Program-made: the position numbers and the translations under genes | NCBI RefSeq assembly: GCF_032444005.1 | Contig: NC_091289.1 | Span: 130,138,001 to 130,202,000, forward strand | DNA: 64,000 nucleotides | DNA from: Ranitomeya imitator | Lineage: Eukaryota | Direction: 5' to 3' | Shown: one piece after another, positions 23,858 through 36,758 of the stretch | Position numbering within the stretch: the first letter of the stretch is position 1 | How the letters are laid out: the number at the start of each line of letters is the position of its first letter | Notes under the pieces: model-generated | What the model was told of the DNA's origin: nothing | The model's database searches: none | What the model saw: only the letters and a program-made list of their open reading frames with translations

Positions 23858-25312
23858 TATATTGCCAGAGACCATGATTCCAGCGGAACTTCATTTACTG
23901 AGCTGCAAGCTGGAGTTATGAAAAAATCATTGTTTTATCAGCAGATTATAATTAGAGTACTAGTAAATCTGCTGCCATGTAGTCCTCCATATCCATTCTG
24001 CCTATGCACAGTATACACGGAAAGATGTCATTTAGTAGTGTGGGTGGTATTATACAGAGCTCAGCATCCAGAGAACCAGTATATTTCCAATAGAGGAAAT
24101 AGTGATTTTATGAAAACTGCAGTAAGCAGCCCATTAAGTGATAGATCACTGGAATTTGGTTCTCTGTCTTCACATTAGTCACCCTTTACACATCCGTATA
24201 AAATCAGTAGCAGAAAAGACAGTGTCGGTGCCAGTAATGTTTTGGATCAATTTGTCATCAGTGTGCCGTCAGTGTGTAATCCATGTTTTTCCGATACGGA
24301 TTAAAGAAAGAATGAAATTACAAAGCTTCTCCTATACTTTGCAATTTTAAACATGTACAACACGTGGATGGCAAACAGGTGTTACACCAATGCCATTGGT
24401 GTGTGCTGTATGTGTTGTAAACAGTCCCATAGACTGATATTAACCCTTGTCATCTGTGCTCCAGATAAAAACAGACATATCTCTATGTGAGACACATGAA
24501 CACGCAATTGGTGTAAAAACACAGACGTGCACAGCAGCATAGGGTATAATATGTGCGAGTGGAATCCGTGAAAAAATGGATTCCACGTATACTGTAAACA
24601 TGGACACGTCAAGGAGGCCTCAGGCTGCTTTCAGATGAAGCAGCGAAATCCCGGTGACAGTTTCCTTTTAATTTATTGTGTTTAATAGAACAGGAAAAAT
24701 AAACGTCTTTTTTTATTATTTTGATCAATGATATAATTTAAGGGATATCATTTATGGGGCATTTTTGAAAGCAACAGTGCGAAACGCGCGTCGGGGTGGT
24801 TGTGGTAGCATTCATGGTATATTGATTACACTACAACTAAGAATTGAATCTATCTACCTTTGCACATATACCTATTGTTAAACTGGCAAGTATTTCCCTT
24901 TGGCGTTACATATATCTATTATTATACCTGTGGCTAGACCTGGCGCACCACCTCCTTTCTCTATACTTGATTTATCTTCTTTTAATTAGAATAAATCAAA
25001 GAGTATGAACTACTCTTGAATCACAGACATCTTCCAGGATTCCAAGTAATTCCCAGATGAATGAACAGCCCAGGTCTTGTTCTCACTTCGATGACAGGCA
25101 TCTTTCAGCGCTGTCCAAAGCCAGCACACTGCTGTATGGATAACTGGCTGCTGCCCAAAGTTTCATCTCATATCATATCAGTTACAAAGAGGCAAAGTAA
25201 ACAGAGAAAGGAATGTTACTTGATAGTTGAAAGGAGACTGAAGAGTTGTGTTAACTTTGAAAGAGATCAGTTAACACCCAAATCTGGTTCTCTGACATGC
25301 CAGCTTCTTTAA

Positions 25313-26593
25313 CCCCTTCACGACATGCGCCGTACTAGTACTGCGCATGCCGTGAATCCCCCTTTGATGTGGGCTCCGGCGGTGAGCCCACATCAAAGTC
25401 GCGACATGTCAGCTGTTTTGTACAGCTGACATGTGCGCGCAATAGCGGCGGGTGAAATCGCTATTCACCCGCCGCTATTAACCTGTTAAATGCCGCTGTC
25501 AAACACAGACAGCGGCATTTAACTACCGCATCCGGCCGGGCGGCCGGATATGACGTCATCGCCGACCCCCGTCACATGATCGGGGGTCGGCGATGCATCA
25601 GGAAGGTAACCATAGAGGTCCTTGAGACCTCTATGGTTACTGATGCCAGCCTGCTGTGAGCGCCCCCCTGTGGTCGGCGCTCACAGCACACCTGCATTTC
25701 TGCTACATAGCAGCGATCTGATGATCGCTGCTATGTAGCAGAGCCGATCAGGCTATGCCAGCTTCTAGCCTCCCATGGAGGCTATTGAAGCATGGCACAA
25801 GTAAAAAAAAAATGTTTTTAAAAATATGAAAAAAATATAAAAAATATAAAAGTTTAAATCACCCCCCTTTCGCCCCTTCCTAAATAAAACAATAAAAAAA
25901 GAACCAAACCTACACGTATTTGGTATCGCCGTGTTCAGAATTGCCCGATCTATCAATTAAAAAAAAGCATTAACCTGATCGCTAAACGGCGTAGTGAGAA
26001 AAAAATCCGAAACGCCAGAATTACGTTTTTTTGGTCGCCGCGACATTGCATTAAAATGCAATAACGGGCGATCAAAAGAACGTATCTGTGCAAAAATGGT
26101 ATCATTAAAAACATCAGCTCGGCACGCAAAAAATAAGCCCTCACCCGACCCCAGATCACGAAAAATGGAGACGCTACGGGTATCGGAAAATGGCACTTTT
26201 TTTTTTTTTTTTTTAGCAAAGTTTGGAATTTTTTTTCACCACTTAGATAAAAAATAACCTAGTCATGTTAGGTGTCTATGAACTCGTAATGACCTAGAGA
26301 ATCATAATGGCAGGTTAGTTTTAGCATTTAGTGAACCTAGCAAAAAAGCCAAACAAAAAACAAGTGTGGGATTGCACTTTTTTTGCAATTTCACCGCACT
26401 TGGAATTTTTTCCCCGTTTTCTAGTAAGAGACATGGTAAAACCAATGGTGTCGTTCAAAAGTACAACTTGTCCCGCAAAAAATAAGCCCTCACATGACCA
26501 TATTGACGGAAAAATAAAAAAGTTATGGCTCTGGGAAGGAGGGAAGCGAAAAACGAACACGCAAAAATGAAAAAGGGCCGCGACTTGAAGGGG
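25313..26593. mobile_element. Non-autonomous piggyBac-type element
   Basis: TTAA at 25309-25312 and 26594-26597; termini CCCCTTCA...TGAAGGGG; no transposase. Confidence 0.8.
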
Positions 26594-27635
26594 TTAAAGT
26601 AAGAAAATATCACATTTTTAGATATGTGATTGTTAGTATCTGTCTGACGCTGTAGAACGTTTACGAGGAAATGCTACATCAGTGCGTAATAAATTATCAG
26701 CATCATCCAAAACATTGGGGACATTTATCACTGAATTTTTGTCAAAATATCGGCGCAAGTTGCGGCATTTCATTGTCGCCAATCCATAAGCCAAACTTAT
26801 AAATGTTTTGCGCAATTTTTTACCCCACTTTGCAGTGCCGACGCCAAAGCGTAAACAATGAGGAGAAAAAAAACACGCTTGACCTATTGGTGTGAAGAAT
26901 TACATGTTTATTATTGCATTTCAAAATAAAAGAAGCGAAAAAGTCACATATTTTAGACTGATCATAACTGTATTAAAAAAGGATGAAAAAGAAGCGTGGA
27001 AACAATGTGTTCCAAACGTTTTAAACAAAAATTACGCAAAATTTGACATAAATGTGAGCCATTTGACACTTTAGTCTCCCATTAGTTTGCAACATTAGAA
27101 GGGATACCAATTAACAGGCATAAAAAGTTGAATTTTTAGCAAAATGTTGCAACATTTGATGCATTGGTCTCTTGCTCTAACATTGGGAAGTGTAGTACCA
27201 TGCGAAAGTAATTGTGCTGGTGGAATTTGCACAGAATGTATCCTTGAAGTGAAATATTTAATAGATATGGAGAGGCAGAGTTGAAGACTTGGTATAAGTG
27301 ACGACATTTTGATAAATGTGCACCATTGCATGTATCGTACATACTTTTGTAGTAAAGAGCTCCGACGTGTGCTATTACTAATACTAAGGACTCATTGACT
27401 CGTCCGTTTTTCATGGATAGATCTCCTGCTTGTGATCATCTATGGGCTGCTCACATGTCCGTGATGTTTTGCGGACTGAGTGGTCATGCAAAATCACTGA
27501 GACATGTTCAATGTTGATGAAAGAATCGGATCAAATTCAGCAATGAAAGTCTATAGGCACACAAGCAGGTTTCAATTAAAAGTAATTTGTCATCAGGTGT
27601 TTGCCACCTGATCTGAGAGCAGCATGTTATAGAGC

Positions 27636-28847
27636 TGTGGCACCCCTGGGGTCCAGTTGCCACAGAGATACTACACCTCACCCAGAGGTGTGGTATCCCA
27701 CACTCAGGTAAGGAGGGAGCACTACTCCGGACTCTAACACTCACATCCAACGCACACCAGTTCAGTTGGGGCACCTGGGCGTACCCTTAGGGAGGAAGGC
27801 CTCACCCCAAGCTGGATAGGAAAGGGTGTTGAGGAGTGGGTGGGGTAGGTAGAGTAGGGGATGAGCTAATTAGGACGGAAAGTTAGTTAGATTGTGAAAG
27901 GATGGAGAAGCAGTAAGATGTGCTAAGAAGGAGCTCCCTATCAGATGGGGATAGAGAGAGATTTGAGAGAGAAGTGGAGCAGAGCAGATGTGCAGGTCTG
28001 CAGCGCCTGGCAAACAGAACAGAGAATTGAGAGGGAGAGACAGAAAGATGCTCCCAGAAGGACAGATGGGGCCTAGGGGCACGGGTAATGCAGAAGCCAC
28101 CCGTTGGACCCTTATCCAGACGTGGAGGGACCAGGTCACAGGCAAGGGGACCGGCCCCATCTTAGTGGAATACTTCAAGTTCACCAGAGGGTGTGGCTTT
28201 TGCAAGAAGCACAGCCACTTCTACCCATACTTCGTCGAAAAGGCAGCCACATAGAATCCAGGGGACTCAGAGAACGTATCCCGGCCAGGTTTGTAGCTGC
28301 TGGCTTGGGACACTGTGGGTAAGGTGCTGGGCAGGAGAAGAGGAAAGCCACTGTAGTGAGACGGCCAGAGAAAGGTATAAGAAAGGAGTCCTGGAAAGGT
28401 ACATCCCAATTTGCCAGGGAGTTTGCTGGACCACTATCCTGAAGAACACAGCATCATGCTTGCATTTGTGGACTGGAGAACTGTGAGTAAAGCATTGGAA
28501 ACTGCACCTTACTGTGTCCTTGTGTCCTTTCTACAACACCTGCCCGGCCTACTACAACCACCATTATCTCATCACTTACACATACAGTTGCCCTGGGGTT
28601 TAGCTCTACCTGTGAAGAGCTGTACGAACTCTGCTACATCACTACCATCACCCCAGAGGATCAGACTGCAGCATCGGCTAACATCTTTATTGCTGAATAC
28701 CACAGGTGGCGTCATGAACAATTCCCATAAACTTTATTTTCCCCTTTATTTCACTTTTAATTGGACCGGGTCACTGCTGCCATGACCACATCCCCTTTAA
28801 GAACTGGCCCGGTACCGAGTACCCCACGGCCCCTGGCAGGTGCTCCA
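27636..28847. mobile_element. Solo LTR (Gypsy-like) inserted into a MITE-family repeat
   Basis: TG...CA ends (TGTGGCACC...GGTGCTCCA) with 4-bp TSD GAGC on both sides. The flanks rejoin as a repeat also seen near 14.2, 23.9 and 41.0 kb. Confidence 0.75.
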
Positions 28848-29643
28848 GAGCTATAGACCCTTATCCCAGCAATGTGTCAGTTTCTGGGTTGCTTGCTGTA
28901 GTTTTGATAAAATCATATTTTTATCAGCAGGAGATTTTCACTAGAGGACTAGTAATCCAGCTGCCAGGTAGTCCTCCATATTCATGAGCTCTGTATAACC
29001 CCGCCCCCACCACTGTTTGGCAGCTTTACACTGTACATGAGCAGAAAGCTGCCAATCAGTGCTGTGGGTGGGGTAATACAGAGCTCAGCATTGAGAGCAC
29101 TGCTAGATCTGCAGCAGATGAGACAGTGATTGTATCAAAATGACAGCAAGCAGCACAGTAAGTGATACGTCGCTGGAATCAGGATCTTTGCCCCTACATT
29201 ATGCTACTCTCAGATGGGGTAGCAAAAAAAATGGTGACAGATTCTCTATAAGTGGAGTCTTGAAGCTAAAAATATTTAGACTTTATTGCACACAAAGTAA
29301 AAAAAGGCTAAAATATGTAAGATGAGATAATAGATCACAATACAAGCCCATATAATATGAAGAAAGGACAATGGGTATCCTTGTTAAGAAATTTCATTAA
29401 TGATTACAGCAATAATTTTAATACTAATATATAAAACTGATCCATGTATATACATCAAGAAGAGTCTTACCCACCACATGCGCCACGCAAAGTGACCAAA
29501 AAACACATGCCGTGATGCGCGTTTTGCTTCCTCAGCAGGTGCAGAGACTGATTCATCCCAGAATCCCTAAATAGTCAGTAATCCATTCATTTGACCAGAG
29601 AGTAGCCAATCTGATCTGCACAGCGGCGCGTGCCCAGCCGCAC

Positions 29644-31785
29644 ATGTCACTGTCAGCCCCTAGCAATCAGGGAGTCACAAAAACATTGAACTTTAGGAAG
29701 GCAAAGTTTGAACAGCTTAGAGATGCCCTTAATCTGGTAGACTGGGACAATATCCTCAGAAATGAGAATACAGATAATAAATGGGAAATGTTTAAGAACA
29801 TCCTAAATAGGCAGTGTAAGCGGTTTATACCTTGTGGGAATAAAAGGACTAGAAATAGGAAAAACCCAATGTGGCTAAACAAAGAAGTAAGACAGGCAAT
29901 TAACAGTAAAAAGAAAGCATTTGCACTACTAAAGCAGGATGGCACCATTGAAGCTCTAAAAAACTATAGGGAGAAAAATACTTTATCTAAAAAACTAATT
30001 AAAGCTGCCAAAAAGGAAACAGAGAAGCACATTGCTAAGGAGAGTAAAACTAATCCCAAACTGTTCTTCAACTATATCAATAGTAAAAGAATAAAAACTG
30101 AAAATGTAGGCCCCTTAAAAAATAGTGAGGAAAGAATGGTTGTAGATGACGAGGAAAAAGCTAACATATTAAACACCTTCTTCTCCACGGTATTCACGGT
30201 GGAAAATGAAATGCTAGGTGAAATCCCAAGAAACAATGAAAACCCTATATTAAGGGTCACCAATCTAACCCAAGAAGAGGTGCGAAACCGGCTAAATAAG
30301 ATTAAAATAGATAAATCTCCGGGTCCGGATGGCATACACCCACGAGTACTAAGAGAACTAAGTAATGTAATAGATAAACCATTATTTCTTATTTTTAGTG
30401 ACTCTATAGCGACAGGGTCTGTTCCAAAGGACTGGCGCATAGCAAATGTGGTGCCAATATTCAAAAAGGGCTCTAAAAGTGAACCTGGAAATTATAGGCC
30501 AGTAAGTCTAACCTCTATTGTTGGTAAAATATTTGAAGGGTTTCTGAGGGATGTTATTCTGGATTATCTCAATGAGAATAACTGTTTAACTCCATATCAG
30601 CATGGGTTTATGAGAAATCGCTCCTGTCAAACCAATCTAATCAGTTTTTATGAAGAGGTAAGCTATAGGCTGGACCACGGTGAGTCATTGGACGTGGTAT
30701 ATCTCGATTTTTCCAAAGCGTTTGATACCGTGCCGCACAAGAGGTTGGTACACAAAATGAGAATGCTTGGTCTGGGGGAAAATGTGTGTAAATGGGTTAG
30801 TAACTGGCTTAGTGATAGAAAGCAGAGGGTGGTTATAAATGGTATAGTCTCTAACTGGGTCGCTGTGACCAGTGGGGTACCGCAGGGGTCAGTATTGGGA
30901 CCTGTTCTCTTCAACATATTCATTAATGATCTGGTAGAAGGTTTACACAGTAAAATATCGATATTTGCAGATGATACAAAACTATGTAAAGCAGTTAATA
31001 CAAGAGAAGATAGTATTCTGCTACAGATGGATCTGGATAAGTTGGAAACTTGGGCTGAAAGGTGGCAGATGAGGTTTAACAATGATAAATGTAAGGTTAT
31101 ACACATGGGAAGAGGGAATCAATATCACCATTACACACTGAACGGGAAACCACTGGGTAAATCTGACAGGGAGAAGGACTTGGGGATCCTAGTTAATGAT
31201 AAACTTACCTGGAGCAGCCAGTGCCAGGCAGCAGCTGCCAAGGCAAACAGGATCATGGGGTGCATTAAAAGAGGTCTGGATACACATGATGAGAGCATTA
31301 TACTGCCTCTGTACAAATCCCTAGTTAGACCGCACATGGAGTACTGTGTCCAGTTTTGGGCACCGGTGCTCAGGAAGGATATAATGGAACTAGAGAGAGT
31401 ACAAAGGAGGGCAACAAAATTAATAAAGGGGATGGGAGAACTACAATACCCAGATAGATTAGCGAAATTAGGATTATTTAGTCTAGAAAAAAGACGACTG
31501 AGGGGCGATCTAATAACCATGTATAAGTATATAAGGGGACAATACAAATATCTCGCTGAGGATCTGTTTATACCAAGGAAGGTGACGGGCACAAGGGGGC
31601 ATTCTTTGCGTCTGGAGGAGAGAAGGTTTTTCCACCAACATAGAAGAGGATTCTTTACTGTTAGGGCAGTGAGAATCTGGAATTACTTGCCTGAGGAGGT
31701 GGTGATGGCGAACTCAGTCGAGGGGTTCAAGAGAGGCCTGGATGTCTTCCTGGAGCAGAACAATATTGTATCATACAATTATTAG
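29644..31785 (+). CDS. CR1 LINE ORF2 reverse transcriptase, 5'-truncated, no endonuclease
   Basis: VPKDWRIANVVPIFKKG, YRPVSLTS, QHGF, YLDFSKAFDTVPH, GVPQGSVLGP, FADD. Stop-free for 713 codons; the first residues probably come from flanking DNA. Confidence 0.92.
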   Translation: MSLSAPSNQGVTKTLNFRKAKFEQLRDALNLVDWDNILRNENTDNKWEMFKNILNRQCKRFIPCGNKRTRNRKNPMWLNKEVRQAINSKKKAFALLKQDGTIEALKNYREKNTLSKKLIKAAKKETEKHIAKESKTNPKLFFNYINSKRIKTENVGPLKNSEERMVVDDEEKANILNTFFSTVFTVENEMLGEIPRNNENPILRVTNLTQEEVRNRLNKIKIDKSPGPDGIHPRVLRELSNVIDKPLFLIFSDSIATGSVPKDWRIANVVPIFKKGSKSEPGNYRPVSLTSIVGKIFEGFLRDVILDYLNENNCLTPYQHGFMRNRSCQTNLISFYEEVSYRLDHGESLDVVYLDFSKAFDTVPHKRLVHKMRMLGLGENVCKWVSNWLSDRKQRVVINGIVSNWVAVTSGVPQGSVLGPVLFNIFINDLVEGLHSKISIFADDTKLCKAVNTREDSILLQMDLDKLETWAERWQMRFNNDKCKVIHMGRGNQYHHYTLNGKPLGKSDREKDLGILVNDKLTWSSQCQAAAAKANRIMGCIKRGLDTHDESIILPLYKSLVRPHMEYCVQFWAPVLRKDIMELERVQRRATKLIKGMGELQYPDRLAKLGLFSLEKRRLRGDLITMYKYIRGQYKYLAEDLFIPRKVTGTRGHSLRLEERRFFHQHRRGFFTVRAVRIWNYLPEEVVMANSVEGFKRGLDVFLEQNNIVSYNY

Positions 31786-31905
31786 GTTCTGTAGAAGGAC
31801 GTAGATCTGGGTATTTATTATGATGGAATATAGGCTGAACTGGATGGACAAATGTCTTTTTTCGGCCTTACTAACTATGTTACTATGTTACTATGTTACT
31901 ATGAT
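29660..31905 (+). mobile_element. CR1 non-LTR retrotransposon, 5'-truncated
   Basis: RT ORF, short 3' UTR and an 8-bp tandem tail (ACTATGTT)n at about 31877-31903, typical of CR1. Confidence 0.9.
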
Positions 31906-32177
31906 GCATGACGCATGCCCAGGAGAGAAAGATTTTCAACACAGTCCATTTTATGGACTGGAGTAGTGCATGAAATAGCAGGCAGCTTCTGCACTAGTCT
32001 GTGATTTGGACCAGTATGTGGAACTGCATACAGAGCCAATCACATCCTCAATTTGCAGATGTCATTGTCCCAATTATTACAATAGCTAATTATAAATTGA
32101 TTTAGTATATTAAAGCGGCACATGTAGCCATAGCCCAATTTTTTGGTCTGACAAGACAACTGGACCATGAATGAACT

Positions 32178-32685
32178 AAGGAACCTGTCATGTAAAAAGA
32201 TGTTATTAACCTGCAGATATGGGGTTAATCTTCAGGTTAAAAGCATTCTGAAGCTGTCCTATGCCCACATTGAATGTGCGACAGCCTTGAGGAAATGAAC
32301 TTTATTCCTCCCGGCAACCTCAGGCTTTCAGTCATAGAGGACGGCCGGTGCGGCTTCAGTCACCACTCAGTGTATAGTGAGCATCTGTAACCACGCCCCC
32401 GCACTGACTGACAGCCGACTCTACAGTGCATCAGTACAGAGCTGCCAGTCAGTACAGGGGGTGCGGTTACAGCCACCGCTCACAGTATACTGAGTGGTGA
32501 CTGAATTCATGCCGGCCCACCTCTATGACTGGAAGCCCGAGACTAGAAGAAGGCATAACATTAATGTCCTCCCTGCAGCGGGGTTCTCAGTGTCAGCACT
32601 AAGCAGCTTCAGAACACCACTAACCTGAAGATTAACCCCATATCTGCAGGTTCTTAGCATTTTTTAGAAATGGCACGTTCCCTTT
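32178..32685. mobile_element. T2/Kolobok-like MITE, copy 1
   Basis: AAGGAACCTGTCATG...GTTCCCTTT termini; subterminal CTGCAGATATGGGGTTAATC inverted pair. Confidence 0.65.
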
Positions 32686-32972
32686 CAAGTTGCTAAAAAT
32701 TCCGAAAGAGATTTTACAACATGTCTGAATTTGTATCGGACATTTGCCATGCCATTGCTAATGTAAGTATTGAATTGGTTCAGGTTGCTATTAGGTGCAG
32801 AGTTTAAGAAGACTTTAAGACCCAATACATCAAAGCATTAAACAACTTGATACCTTGTAAAATTTTGGTGCAACTTGAAGTCCTGGCCATCTTCACCAAA
32901 CTGAGCCGAACTGGGGTGGGATGGTACATAGTGCAGCCTGCCTGGCAAATTCTTCAATGATTACTAACTTAA

Positions 32973-33467
32973 AGGGAACCTTTCACATGAAATAGCGCTA
33001 TTAGCTGCAGATATGGGGTTAATCTGCCGGTTAATAGCGTTCTGACCCTGCCCTGTTCCTGCACTTTGAGCCCCGTTGCTGGGAGAAAATAAACTTAATT
33101 TCTCAAGGTAGCGTTGGGTTTCAGTCACTGATGGTGGCGCCGGCGTAGGCTCAGTGACCGCTCTGTGTAGGGAACAGTGGATGTAACCATGCCCCAGCAT
33201 TGACTGACAGCCTGCTCTAATGGTGATTCTGCTGTCAGTCAGGGGGCACGGTTATGGATTCCACTATCTATATACATAGCGGTCTGAACCCGCGTTGAAG
33301 CTACCCCCATGACTGACACCTGAGCGCCGCAAGGGGGAATGAAGTTAATTTCCTCCCTACAGCTAAGTTCTGAGTGTGGCCGCTGGGCAGGTTCAAAATG
33401 CTATAGACCTGCAGATTAACCCCATATAAGAAGGTTAATAGCATTTTTTTCACATGACAGGTTCCCT
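32973..33467. mobile_element. T2/Kolobok-like MITE, copy 2
   Basis: TTAA then AGGGAACC...GGTTCCCT; same subterminal motif as copy 1. Confidence 0.65.
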
Positions 33468-36170
33468 ATAACGAAATGTATTCCAGTTCCTAACTGGAGT
33501 ATCATTTTTGGCGAGGCGCAGAGGAGCACACCAGTAGTAAGATGTGTCTAATTCATTATGTGTCGGGAGCCTCTCAACAAGTTGGGTGCATGCTACAGTC
33601 CCGTCATTAAGACTGAAGTGAAATTTGTCTTTCTTAATGAATCGGGCCCTTAGTCTTTACCTTTAACTAAATATAGATGTATAGTTTTTATTACAGGATG
33701 TCACCAAGATGGCGGTCCCCAAGATATAATACGACTGTGTATCACCGGAGAGGGTGAGGAAGCTCCGACATTGTCATCTATGAAGAAGAATCCTGCCCTC
33801 ACTGCTCGATATCTCACCATCCAACAGGTGGGATGAGCGCAGTATGTCTTTGTATGGATACGCGTGTATGTGTCTAAAAGGGGCATGAAACCCATGAGAC
33901 CGGTACATCGCACAAAGGCGTATGGTAAACTATTTGCCCAGAGCTACACTGGAATGTAAAGGCAATAAATACGTCTATTGTTCATACATGACAATACATT
34001 TCCGGGAGGTCTGGATTCGTCTTGCTCTACAATGTAATGGTTTTCAGATGTTTTTATGATTTACTCCGATCACTTAGACCACAATTCTTAAGCTGAATCA
34101 TTAGGCCTTGTTCATACCATTTGCAGGCCACCCTAAAAATAAAGAACTTTAAGACCTGTTTCATATTTGGTAATGTGCTGCACAGCCAGAAACTGCAAGG
34201 AGAAACTGCACGGATTTTACCATGGCTATATGACATTTGCACAGGTGAAACTAATTTTCTGGAGGAAAAAATTTCAATAAAAAAAAAATTGCAGCACATT
34301 CCCACAAAATAAGCACCCAGCCCCAAAGCAGGTGAGAAATACAGAAATGATAAAAAATGAGGAAACCAGATAAAATAGAGGAAAGGAGTCTATGGTGGAA
34401 AATTATTATTGCCTGTGCAAATCTTTTATGGTGTAAAAAAAGCTACAAATTTGGCACGAGCCCTTCTGCCTAATTTTTTGTAGAGCCTAACGGCCTGGGC
34501 AAACTATGGCCAAAGAGATTACTAAGGTTTAGATCAGATATCAGTTTATAGTGCATGGATGGCGTAATGGACTTCTGTGACATATCTAATAGATCAGTGA
34601 ATGTAAAGCTCATGCATTTGGGGGAACTCAAATATGGTCCATGATCATGCACTTTAAAATTTTTGTGCAATTGTGTCTTTGTTGGGTGTTTTTATTTGCC
34701 CACTGCTTTATCATTGAAGACCAATCCTTAGGACCGGTCACCAATGTCTGATTCGTCAAGGTCCAACACCTCCTATTGATTTGAATAGGAGGCAGATGTG
34801 TAGTAAAAACACCGAGCTGCCTTGCGTTTGAGTATCTCTGGCTGGTGGCGGCCGCCGACACGAACACAGCTAATTGGCGGGGATGTTGAGTGTCGGACCC
34901 CAACCAATCAAACATTGATGACTTATCCAAAGGATAGGTCATCAATGATAAAGTAGTGGACAGCCTCTTTAAGCTACGATGCAGAAATACAAGAAAAAAA
35001 TCAAAAGAGATTTTCAAATAGCAAAATACAATGTAGGAAACAGAAAAACCAAGACAAATAAAAAATAATTGTCCAGTAGTATTACACAAAACACAACACT
35101 GGGAGATGAGAAAGAAGCCACAGTCCCCAGAAAATGAGAAAACACAGTGGTGCTGTCTTGTTCTATATGTCTCAACAGCGTACAGCAGTATTCATACCAT
35201 TAATGCAAGTCTTACAGCGTTAAAGGTCTCCAATAAATATGAGGGCCTAGTGTGACCTTAACAGCTGCAAGCAGCTTCCTACCGGATTGTATGTATCTGT
35301 ATGGACCTGAGCTAATTAATTTTATATTCACAAAAACCCAAAGGAAATTCCGTCTATGTCTAAGGTCCTGTTTTTCTTGTACGACTGCTTTCTATATTTT
35401 TCACGGACAGCACTCGTACTTAGAATAATGAAAGGAGCCATTCATATGTCTGTGATTTCTCGTGGAAAGTCGTGGACACATATTCAATATTGTTTCGAGC
35501 GTCGGATCAAAATCAGCAATGCACGACTATGGGTTCATGAAAAAATCGATCTGCACTCAGATGCCATTCATCTGCTGTCAGCTTGTCATGGACTGCTAAA
35601 GAGGAGAAGATGGAGAAAGTTTTGTAATGTTTGTTCTCATTTGAGAAAAACTGATGAAACTCAGACCAAATTCTGATGGTAAAAACTGACACTGACCAAA
35701 CTCTGATGAAACTGATAAAGAAAAAGACGAAGGAAATTCAGACTAATTTCTTTGTATGAGAAAAAGCTCCTTCAGACATCAGTGATTTTTCTCGTACCCA
35801 AAAGATGGTCCACATTTCATCAACTTTTTATCATAGTTTTGTCAGAGAGTGAGATTCTACCATCAGAGTTTGGTCACAGTTTCATCAGTCTTTTTTTTTT
35901 AGATTTCAGTCAGATCTTACCATCAGAGTTTGGGAAGAGTTCCATCAGATTTTTACGGATGAGGAACAAACAAACAAAAAAGTTTCTCTATCTTCTCCTA
36001 TCTAGCAGTCCATGATGGCATCAGAGAGATCTCTGATTTTTTCACGGACCTATAGACCTGAATTGACGAGTTTGATTTGAAGCTCAGATCAAATTGGGAC
36101 AAGTCTCCGTGCTTTTGTGCGAACAACTCGGACCAAGGTACAAATCAGACACGTGAATTATCCCATAGAC

Positions 36171-36376
36171 TGAAATGGAAACGGGATGGAAGTGTCACTC
36201 AATGCGCTGCTGATGAAAGCTCAATGACTAGGTTTTTGTCCTGATGAAGAGGTCCTGTGTGACCTTGAAACACGTTGACTCTTAAAACCTGCATAATAAA
36301 CTTTTACAAGTATATTCCGTCACTGAGCCTTCATCAGCAGCGCATTGAGTGACACTTCCATCCCGTTTCCATTTCA
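36171..36376. repeat. 58-bp inverted repeat enclosing a hammerhead-like motif (Penelope-like remnant)
   Basis: Arms 36171-36228 and 36319-36376 differ at 2 positions; the spacer carries CTGATGA...GAAAC and AATAAA. Confidence 0.75.
36235..36282 (+). ncRNA. Putative type I hammerhead ribozyme motif
   Basis: GTC-CTGATGA-A-GAGGTC-ctgtgt-GACCTT-GAAAC-AC-GTT-GAC: core boxes, 6-bp stem II, minimal stem III, GUU triplet, 3-bp stem I. Confidence 0.55.
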
Positions 36377-36427
36377 AGCTCGGCCCATCCACGACCAGTG
36401 TCCTGCAGCAGCTAATGTATATGTGTA

Positions 36428-36629
36428 TTAGGCCGGGATCACACATACGCGAGATACGGCCGAGCCTCGCAGGTGAAATCCCTCCTCTGGCGCCGGCACT
36501 CCGGAGCGGAGCGTGCAGCCGCACAGCAACACATGGAGCTGCACGCTCCACTCCCAAGTGCCGGCGCCAAAGGAGGGATTTCACCTGCGAGACTCGGCCG
36601 TATCTCGCGTATGTTTGATCACGGCCTTA
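36428..36629. mobile_element. Palindromic MITE
   Basis: TTAGGCCGGGATCACACATACGCGAG...CTCGCGTATGTTTGATCACGGCCTTA. Confidence 0.75.
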
Positions 36630-36758
36630 CATGTTGATTCAGTGCAACCTCCCAGGTGAGTGGATTATTGTCTCCTAAATCTCTTTTTTTTTTTTCGGTT
36701 AAGACCCTATTTGTGCTTTTTTTATTTTCCAGTTTTCTCAACTTCTTATCCGATAGAC

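Noticed and set aside
33698-33829. Plus-strand exon-like segment (CHQDGGPQDIIRLCITGEGEEAP...)
   Set aside because: It has AG/GT ends and an open frame, but no recognisable homology or partner exons, and it is antisense to the host gene.
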